Below, in pieces: positions 50,496 to 60,374 of a stretch of 64,000 bases of DNA (within the stretch, counting starts at the first letter, position 1; every line of letters starts with the position of its first letter). This DNA comes from Mustelus asterias (Eukaryota). The notes under the pieces were generated by a model that saw nothing but the letters and a program-made list of their open reading frames with translations, was not told the DNA's origin and did no database searches. The stretch lies in contig NC_135830.1 in assembly GCF_964213995.1 (NCBI RefSeq), forward strand, positions 12,276,001 to 12,340,000, read 5' to 3'. A program made the translations under genes and the position numbers.

Positions 50496-50944
50496 ATGCA
50501 GATATTCAGAATCTGTATTATGTTTGGGATAATTATTGTCGGTAAGGATGATTCCAATCATGTTCCATTCAGATTGGCGTTATATTTTATATTAACACGC
50601 GATTTTTTCTTGCTCCCAAACACATGACAGATCAGAGTGATGGAGATTCAGTTACTCAGTCCCAGTCTTCAGAGAGCGGGAGAGAAGGGGAAACCGTGAC
50701 TATAAAATGTACCTATCACACTACAGAAGAAATGTATTATGTCTATTGGTACCTGCAGCTACCAGCGAAGGAGCCCGAGTTTGTTGTGTGGAGACGGTCT
50801 TGGGATGTTGTGGAATGGAAAGGCTCGGCGTTTGGAAACCGTTTTGCTTCAGACCTCCAGCTGTCAGACTCCACCGCAAGTTTAACCATCATGGACTTGC
50901 AGACGACCAACGCTGCCATTTATTACTGCGCTCTCTCTGAGACT
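50496..50944 (+). CDS. Intact TCR V-alpha/delta gene segment (leader 50496-50541, V exon 50631-50944)
   Basis: Leader MQIFRICIMFGIIIV-|GTAAGG, 89-nt intron, then DQSDGDSVTQSQSSESGREGETVTIKCTYHTTEEMYYVYWYLQLPAKEPEFVVWRRSWDVVEWKGSAFGNRFASDLQLSDSTASLTIMDLQTTNAAIYYCALSET. Confidence 0.95.
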
Positions 50945-50983
50945 CACAGTGATTGAAAAGAGTACCGACCCTGTACAAAAACT
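50945..50983 (+). promoter_or_regulatory. 23-RSS
   Basis: CACAGTG + 23 nt + ACAAAAACT. Confidence 0.95.
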
Positions 50984-51397
50984 GTCTTCCGATTGAAACT
51001 GCTGTTCCTGCCTGCTGAGGTTGTCGAGAATCTGGGACAAGTGCAATCACAATGAGGCTGCCAACCCTTCAAACACACACACAGAGGAATCCAATTAACC
51101 TCTGTCAACTGCTGCACTCGTAATCAGTAAACTAGAAGCTGCCTCAGCTTTTATTAATCTCGTCCCTGTATTAGTAATAACTTTATTAGACTTTTCCTCA
51201 GTTTACATTAATCTAGACCCGGCATCAGTAATAACTGTACTAGACCATTTCAGTGTATATTAATCTCGATCCCGTATCAGTAAAATGTTGTGTTTAATTG
51301 TTTGACTTTTGTGTTCTGCTTGAATCATAAATTGTTTCCATTCTTTGGTCAGGAGCATTTCTAACGAATTAATCTGTTTTTATTAATCTCGTCCCTG

Positions 51398-52300
51398 TAT
51401 TGGTGTAGTGGACTGTGAGGAAGGTTTTCAAAGCTTGCAGAGGGATTTGGACCAACTAGAAAAATGGGCTGCAAAATGGCAAATGGAATTTAACGCAGAC
51501 AAGTGTGAGATATTGCACTTTGGAAGGACAAACCAAAGAAGAACGTACAGGGTAAATGGTAGTACTCTGAAGAGTGCAGTTGAACAGAGGGATCTGGGAA
51601 TACAGGTACAGAATTCCCTAAAAGTGACGTCACAGGTGGATAGGGTCGTAAAGAGTGCCTTTGGTACATTGGCCTTTATAAATCGGAGTATCGAGTATAA
51701 AAGTTGGAATGTTATGGTAAGGTTATATAAGTCATTGGTGAGGCCGAATTTGGAGTACTGTGTACAGTTTTGGTCACCTCGTTACAGGAAGGATGTAAAT
51801 AAGATTGAAAGAGTGCAGAGAAGGTTCACAAGGATGTTGCCAGGATTTGAGAAGCTGAGTTACAGAGAGAGATTGAATAGGTTGGGACTTTATTCCCTGG
51901 AGCGTAGAAGATTGAGGGGAGATTTGATAGAGGTGTTTAAGATTTTGATGGGTATAGATAGAGTGAATGCAAGCAGGCTTTTTCTGCTGAGGCTAGGGGA
52001 GAAAACAACCAGAGGGCATGGGTTAAGGGTGAAAGGAGAAAAGTTTAAAGGGAATATTAGGGGGGGCCTCTTCACGCAGAGAGTGGTGAGTGTGTGGAAT
52101 GAGCTGCCGGATAAAGTGGTAAATGCGGGGTCACTTTTAACATTTAAGAAAAACTTGGACGGGTTCATGGATGAGAGGGGTGTGGAGGGATATGGTCCAA
52201 GTGCAGGTCAGTGGGACTAGGCATAAAATGGTTCGGCACAGACAAGAAGGGCCAAAAGGCCTGTTTCTGAGCTGTAATTTTCTATGGTTCTATGGTTCTA
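51398..52300 (+). mobile_element. 5'-truncated CR1 LINE
   Basis: ORF 51408-52220 (RT C-terminus); tail (TTCTATGG)n. Confidence 0.92.
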
Positions 52301-54344
52301 TTGAAATTTAGCCATCAGCTTATTTTGTCTATTTCTCAAAGGTTAACTTCATTCTGTCCCATCGAGATGTTTTGACCATGCAGATGTGAAAACCTGTTCT
52401 CAGCAACTGTAAATGTTGACAGTTCACCTTAGGCACTAATTGCGGTGTGTCAATCATGATTATTAAATGCCCACTGACTGCACACAACATCCAGTGCAAT
52501 GAGAGAATTTTAGATTGAATATGAGGGGGTAAGCGTTGCTGCTGTTGGCGCGAAACTGTCAGTGAGAGTTGATTTAATCGCACCATATTTCTAAATGCTG
52601 CATTCAGACGATAGCAAAATAAACCCAGAAACTTATGTCTGTACATTAGGAGACTGAACGTTCAGAGTGTTCTCTTTGTAATTGTCTCCTGTGATTTAGG
52701 CGTGCCTGGTAGTTTCCTTTCTCGGCCATTACAGGGGGCAATCACATTGCTGTGGGTCTTGAGTCACAGATAGGCCAGACCAGGTAAAGATGCCAGATTT
52801 CGTTCCCTAAAAGACTTCAATGAAGGAGATGAGGTTTTCTTTGCGACAACCAACGAACACCATTATTAAGACTAGCCTGTTGTCAATTACATCATGTTTC
52901 TATTAATTCGTTGAATTGATTATGCTTCACCGGCTGCCATGGTGAGAACTGAACCTCTGCCCTGACATCATCAGGGTCTTTGAATTTCGGAACTAATGGC
53001 ATTGCTGCTGCATCACCATGTTGCATAACTGCTAAATTAAAATGGAAATTGTTTTTTTGCATCTCCGTGAACCTGACCACAGCTTCAGCGTCGAACGCTG
53101 GTTGAAAAAATCTGAAAGTTATTGAAAAAAAGGCAGATCAGGCAAGTAATCCGAAGACCGTTTTGTCACGTACATCATTGTTGATCTGTCGGTGTCGGTC
53201 ACTTTCAGGGGCTTACTGTTTTACATTGCATTTCATTGCTTTATGATATACTGTAACATTTCCATGATTTCTGTTCTCCATATTTTTCTCAGCTCTCACC
53301 ACTTTACAACACTTCCTCTCTAACTCCCACACGAGGGGCACAACAACAGCTGAAAATCTTGAGGTTATTGCTGCCGTCTTCCTGATTTCTTAGCAAGTAT
53401 TTGTCAGAAACCACTGCTCATGTTTGCAAACCGCAAACACTCGGTTCAACTCATATATTTCATCGTTTATTTTTCAAATTGGAATAACTGACATCCTGTG
53501 GTTTTCGCTTTCCTTCGCTCAAAGAATAGCAACGAGGTCATAAAAAACCCTCTTATGTAGAATGTGGATGAGGAGAGACTGAGGATAGAGCTTGAGCAGG
53601 TTAATAAGCCAAATGGCCTTAAAAGTAAAGGAAAGCGGTTTGGAGTCCAGTCAAATTTTGCACGCGAGGAACTGGGGAGCCTTTTAGGGAACTGAGCTCA
53701 AGTGCTGTTATTGGGTTGGAACAGAAACCCCAGTTTGGTTATTTAAAACCCCAGGGCCCCAGGGCCAGGCCGAAGGTCGAGCCAGGCAATTGGCATTACT
53801 TGCGGCGAGAGAGAAACTGAAAAATATGTCTGCAGGCCCGCATAGTGCAATGCTGAATTTACTATTTCTGCCAACAATGATAGACGGAGAAGGGATTTCG
53901 AGTCCATACAGCCTGTCCCACAATGCAAATGGAGTAAATGTGAAGTGCAGTCACTATTGCAATGCAGGAAAGAGTCGCTATGCCCACAACAAGATCCCCG
54001 GTGATGTGACCATCTTTTGCAGCTTGTCGAGTGAGATTTAAATCTCTTTGATAACTGCCCTGCTTTAGAAACTAGTGAGGTGAGCTGTTTAAGAACCTCC
54101 AGAAAGGCCAGGCGGAGCCTCCATTTAGTAGCGTTTCTGAGCAATTCAGTGCGGAGACGATCCGACTCCATTTGCACTGGCAGTGTAAGTACCAGGTGGA
54201 ATATGGTCTCAAGTCTCTGGAGGGAGATGTGAATCCATAACTTTCTGAATTACAGGCGATAGAATTGAGAAATGTAACAGTTACCTCGAAGCCGCGTATG
54301 GAACGTGAACTGGAGACATCAACTGTGTCATTTTTATACGGTGA

Positions 54345-54655
54345 GGTCTTTGTGCAACGACAAATGAATTCTAAACTTCTGTGTCTCTGAACAAGCAGAA
54401 ATAGACTGCGATGTCTTGGATTTATGCTCGAGTAATCGTTAAAGGAAAGTTATTTCCTGAATTCATCTGACCAGCCTCGTAATGTCCCTTGGCAAAATCT
54501 GCGTCTCTTCTGTCGCTTCTATCTCGATACAAAATAAAATATGGAGCCCGTTCCGTGTGCTATCAGTACCAGTAGAGATCGGGATTATAGGATCTTGTTG
54601 TGTAGCTGCAATCCATTTTCACACTATCGCCTTCAGTAATATATAGTGCAGTCTG
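54345..54655 (-). pseudogene. TCR V pseudogene, paralog of the 27043 V; leader and intron deleted; 23-RSS at 54345-54383
   Basis: LYITEGDSVKMDCSYTTRSYNPDLYWY**HTERAPYFILYRDRSDRRDADFAKGHYEAGQMNSGNNFPLTITRA*IQDIAVYFCLF, then CACAGAA + 23 nt + ACAAAGACC. Confidence 0.92.
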
Positions 54656-54834
54656 AGCCAGTAATCTCTTTGAATCAGATGTGTAGAAATACAGATATAT
54701 TTACTATTGAAATATTTTAACTTAAGTGACTGATGCACAGAAAGTTAAAACAGAAGGCGAGGAAGGATCTTATGATTTTCTTCCCAGTACAAAGTAGCTG
54801 TGCAAAAACTGGGAAGCATCATGTTACCCGAGTA

Positions 54835-56011
54835 CTTCAAAACATTGCCTGAAAGACTGATGGAAAGCGTATGCATTGATAAATGACTGGGTGCATGTGG
54901 AAAAAATACAGAAGTGCAGGACGAAGGATATGTAGCTGGTCTGAAGGAATAGCTCTTGCAGACGAGTAGTACGAAGAACGTGGCCGAATGCCTTCCTTCT
55001 GTGTCGTTTTATCCAGTGATTCAATAAATCATATCCAATCCTAACTCCGGCATAAACAATCGTTCCTGTTGTTGTCTCTCGTTCAAAATCCTAAAACTGC
55101 CTCCAGAATAGCACCGCGGAAGCACCTGCACCATTCACACTAACGTGGATCAGGATGAGACCACAATGTGTTTATGTGAAGTTGGCGATGGACAATAAAT
55201 GGTGGTCTTGCTATAATCGCCGATAACTAGAGAACAGATGCAACAAATCAAAAACATATGGCACCTTATAAGAATCAGCTGGTTTCTCTACCTGCACCAC
55301 CTGACTGCGTCACTGCTCTGGGCGGGGCTGGTGTTTGGCATTTCACCCCACCCCCTCCCTCCATACACCGCTTAATCATGAAATATAACATTCGGGCATG
55401 TAATTTGTCATTGAGCTTCTTTCAAGGTGCCGAAAAAGGAAAATGGCGAATGAGAGAATCTGGGAGAGTAAAAGCGGGCCTGAAATAGAGGAAAAATGCG
55501 AGAGCAAACAAGACACAAATAAAAAAAGGAAAGGATGAATGATGCAAACCGAGGAAGAAATTATGTGCTGATTCTTATAAGGTGCCATATGTTTTTGATT
55601 TGTTGCATCTGTTCTCTAGTTATCGGCGATTATAGCAAGACCACCATTTATTGTCCATCGCCAACTTCACATAAACACATTGTGGTCTCATCCTGATCCA
55701 CGTTAGTGTGAATGGTGCAGGTGCTTCCACGGTGCTATTCTGGAGGCAGTTTTAGGATTTTGAACGAGAGACAACAACAGGAACGATTGTTTATGCCGGA
55801 GTTAGGATTGGATATGATTTATTGAATCACTGGATAAAACGACACAGAAGGAAGGCATTCGGCCACGTTCTTCGTACCACTCGTCTGCAAGAGCTATTCC
55901 TTCAGACCAGCTACATATCCTTCGTCCTGTACTTCTGTATTTTTTCCACATGCACCCAGTCATTTATCAATGCATACGCTTTCCATCAGTCTTTCAGGCA
56001 ATGTTTTGAAG
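54835..56011. repeat. 445-bp near-perfect inverted repeat (arms 54835-55279 and 55567-56011; 287-bp spacer)
   Basis: The arms are reverse complements; I could see about three mismatches. Confidence 0.93.
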
Positions 56012-56373
56012 ATCATAACGACACGCTTTGATATATCATACATTTCTCCAGCATTTCTATTTATCGATCATCTTAAATCAGTATCATCTCATTGTCGTCC
56101 CTGTTTCCCATGAAAATAATTTTTACTCATTTGACTCTTTCACAAATTTGGATACCTGATTTAAATTTCAGCTAAAGTTTCTTTTTTTGTCAAGGGAACC
56201 AATTCCGTTTCTCTACTCACTCCGAGTAACTGATGTCTATAATCCTTGACGGCATTTTGCCAGAACAAAAGTATGTTTTTGAATCACTATATGAACGAGG
56301 GATGCTTTTTTTCAAGAGTCGCTGGATTGAAGATGCCTTTGCGAACCTCCCCGGCTTCGTAGTGGTTTGACAA

Positions 56374-56411
56374 GGGTTTTGTACGGGTCACACCCGGTTT
56401 GAGGCACCGTG
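56374..56411 (-). promoter_or_regulatory. RSS (22-nt spacer)
   Basis: Minus strand CACGGTG + 22 nt + ACAAAACCC. Confidence 0.85.
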
Positions 56412-56973
56412 ATCCTCAATCCACTGAAATAGAGGGCACTGTCTTTTGTCTCCACTGCAGAAATTGACAAAGGGAAAATCTTATATAGACTGAAATGCCA
56501 AGCATCGAATTTTCCTTCGGCACACTCGGCTTCCTTGCGTGTGGTGTTATCCCAGTGCAATAATGGCTGGAGTGGCTGGTTCGGGTAAAGCCGGTACCAG
56601 TAGCGATCCAGATCAACAGAAATGGAGTTGTAATTACGGCTCAATTCCAGGTTAGTTCCTTCGGCTACCTTCAACTGACGTTGAATCTGTGTTACCGAAC
56701 TCCCTTGGAATATACCTGCAATATGCAAATAGTATGCAAAACATTCAGGTAACCCCCTGATTGATGACAAGCATCCCCCTCTCCCCTCTTTCAAAATGAG
56801 GAAAATCAATCACAATCTAACTATCACATTTGGATTATTTACACCAGAGGAAAGAATACATTTCAGTATTTAGATAATATAGGGGGAAGAATGACAAGTC
56901 ATATTAAGAAGTGTTTCACATGTTCCAATTTACCGAATAGAAATGAGATCACGAGAAGCTTAACTGGTGGCAT
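56412..56973 (-). CDS. TCR V segment, open frame but lacking both canonical cysteines (leader 56934-56973, V exon 56412-56715)
   Basis: Leader MPPVKLLVISFLF-G|GTAAAT, then GIFQGSSVTQIQRQLKVAEGTNLELSRNYNSISVDLDRYWYRLYPNQPLQPLLHWDNTTRKEAECAEGKFDAWHFSLYKIFPLSISAVETKDSALYFSGLR, with CGT and AGT at the two Cys positions. Confidence 0.85.
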
Positions 56974-59234
56974 CTCTAAAGTGCTGCCACTATATTACAG
57001 AATCTAATGTGCAAGTCTTGTTGACCACGTGCCCACACTGAATTTAACTTCCTTGGAACACGATCACACCAATGATGCTCCGAAACGCTGTTCAGAACAA
57101 ACAGCAGAAATGACTCAGTGAAAGACAGGAACAAGAAACACACAGTGAGCGCCAGTCCTGTTGGCTCACAATGATCAGACTTTGTGCGCGCATCAATAAC
57201 TGATGTAGGATAATTGTAATATAAACAATTGAATGATGTAACCTAATAGATAGAACATTCTCTAGTGCAATATAAACATGCTGCGAACTTGTGTCATATG
57301 ATTAGAGAGACTATCTAGTGCAGCAGAAACTGGGAAGAGCCTCAAGCATTATAAACAGCGGTTTTATCTAGTCCACTAGTAAGTAATGCAGTGTCAAGTG
57401 TAGCATAAGGAGAATAATAATGAATCAGGCTCCACGACAGTACACCTGAACCATAGTTATGGTCCACCTGCCACCAGGTGGACGCAGAATGCTATGACAC
57501 CAGTTTCTCTGACCTCTTCTGCAGCTGGAATTCTCCCGTCCCACTGCAATGAACGTAGATTTGGCTGAGCAACAAATTATCTGTTCTCTTTGGCAGCTGA
57601 ATTCTGACCGAAGTCTTTCACCCATTTTGTGCGATGGTTGCGGGTAAACACACCGGTGTGAAACACATCTGGAACAACTAGACATACAGATGTCGGGTCC
57701 CACCTGAACAATGCCTTGGGATATCTGTGGAATTCAGAATGGAGACCAGCATCTCGTCCCCAGAACATTTCAAGATATTTAAATATAAGGATTAAAATGA
57801 AAACTTGGATGAAATTGGATTAATTGGATTAATAAGAGTACATCTGTCTGAGGGTGCTTGATTTGAGAATTATCAAAGCAGAGGAAAACAAGTATTTATA
57901 TAAGAGACTATGGGTTGAATAATATTGTGTAGAAAAATATGTAAGAACTATAGAAGAAGTGAGTACAAAGTGGAGAGAGGGAATATAAGTTGCAACTATT
58001 TGTAGGGATGCTATTAAGATACCATAACATCAAATAGGAAGACCCCAGTATAACGATAGGAGGGCCGCTGAGCACAGGAGGATAGGAGCAGCTGCTGCTA
58101 TAGCCACACCCATGTAGAGAAAGCAGACTCTCCCAAAAGGGCAATGTGCTGAAAAAAACTGCTCTTTTAAAAACTCAAACAGAGAAGCAACATTACGCTG
58201 AACTGAAGAAGGCTTTCCCAAACTGTAAAATAACCCGCAGATGGTAACTATAATCTGCATTTAACTCATAGCGTTATATAATTTCGGATGTTGCTTGAGA
58301 AAGGGAAAGTTCTCATAGGGCAGATAGCTGTACAGCTGGGATGAGGGTTAACCTCATGAGATACTGTCTGTGTGTAGCCAATTTTGTCGTTACGTCCTCT
58401 GCTGAAGCTTATTATAATCTTTCTTGTGTGCTTGTTTTAAGTGAACAAATTTCCATCATTAATTATTTGCAATAAGACTGGTCCACGTCTCACTATTTTC
58501 CATTTTTTTTACATGATATCAAATTGAAAATTTGCATAATTAAGAATTGGTATTCCAATTCATTCTTCTCGGTTTTGGGATACCCTCCCATTTAACATCA
58601 GCGAGGCTCTTAACAAACACACAGCAGTGGGTGCAGGTACATCTATAGGTTGACCTCCCAGATTCATTGTAATCGAGGAGTTCCATCTAGCTGCTTCAGA
58701 ATGTTGCCAGAGGTCCATTTTCTTTCTCAGGATGTCAACCTTCTGGCTTCAGAATTTCTATTTAACTAAGATGACCACATCCACCACTCTCATCGGCAAA
58801 TGTTCCCGGTTCCTGAGCACACGCTGTGGAAAAATGTTGCTCTTGTATCCGGCCCCCACGCCCCCGTCCAACATTGCCTGTAATCTTAAAAAAAAAACTC
58901 CGCTCCCCGCCTCAAGTTTCGTTAGTACCATCAAATAATGGGAATGCTTTTTCTTTATCTACATGAACAAAGCCTGTCTTAACCTAATCCACCTCGATTA
59001 ACTCTCCCCTCAATCTCTTTCTCTCCCATGAAGGACAACATCTCCACGTTCAAACTTCTGGCTACTTTGTGAACTTCTCAAACTAATCTGACATCAAATA
59101 AATTTCCTCATGGAATTTAAATATAAGTCGTCAACTTTCGAAAAGCTTTTCTATGGAACTTAATTGTGTTATGAAATTCTTAGTGCTATACATAGTTTAA
59201 AGTCAACGACTTCAGGAAGCGCAGCGGAGGACAT

Positions 59235-59961
59235 GCCTTTGTCTATATCAACGGGGATGAATTAGAAATGGTCGAGACTTCAAATTTCTCGGTGTCCAGA
59301 TCACCAACAACCTATCCTGGTCCCTCCATGCCCGCGCTATAGTTAAGAAACGCCTCTACTTTCTCAAGAGGCGAAGGACATTTGGCATGTCTGCTGCGAC
59401 CTTTACCAACTTGTACAGATGCACCATAGAAAGCATTCTTCCTGGTTGTAAAACACCTTGGTATGGCTCTGCTCTATCCTGGACCACAAGAAACTGCAGA
59501 GGGTCGTAAAGGAAACTCAGTCCGTCACGCAAACCAGCCTCCCATCCATTAACACTGCCTGCACTTTCCGCTGCCTTAGAAAAGCAGCCAGTATAATCAA
59601 GGAGCCCTTGCAGACCGGACATACTCCCTTCCACTTTCTTCCGTCGGGCAAAAGATGCAAATGTCCGAGGACACATACTAACCAACTCAAGAGCAGCGTC
59701 TTCTCTGCTTTTCCCTGAAAAGATACAAAAGTCTGAGGACACACACCAACCAACTCAAGAGCAGCACCTTCCCCGCTGCCATTAAAATTTGAATGAACCT
59801 ACCTCATATGAAGTTGATCTTTCTCTAGATATGACTTTAAACTACATTCTGCACCCTGTCCTTTCATTCTCTATGTACGGTATGCTTTGTATGTATAGCA
59901 CGCAAGAAACATTACTTTCCATTGTATACTAATACATGTGACAATAATAAATCAAATCAAA
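59235..59961 (+). mobile_element. Rex1/Babar-like LINE 3' fragment
   Basis: Degenerate FKFLGVQITNNLSWS..RLYFLKR..TNLYRCTIESIL; tail AATAAATCAAATCAAA. A shorter 3'UTR copy lies at about 17100-17400. Confidence 0.6.
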
Positions 59962-60374
59962 CGAACTTTTTAGAAATTGTTGCACCATTTTGAAAAGTAT
60001 TTTTCCATACTACTTACCCTGAAGTTTTTGACGATTTAAAAAGAAGCTTAAACGGATTGAAATATTTTTTCCAAACAATTTGAGAATTCGTCACTTAAAA
60101 AACACGTTTAAACTTTTATGATGAGAAAATTACAGTAGAATCTGACTTTAAAAAAAGCAACATCTGTTGAAAAGCAATTAAACATACATTTGTCGGGCGA
60201 AGCTGACTGAAGTTGATTAACATTTTCCGGAATCGGTCTAAAGTTATCGCAGACCTTTTCTTTAATCGACAGTAACGTGGAGTATGTGAACTACTGATAA
60301 AGTCTTACATCGAGCCAGCCAGGATTCGGGGCTGGAATCTCCTGATCCATAGTCGGGTGCGTTATCGGTTATGG

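Noticed and set aside
57141-57180. Isolated CACAGTG heptamer
   Set aside because: No nonamer at 12 or 23 spacing and no adjacent coding segment.
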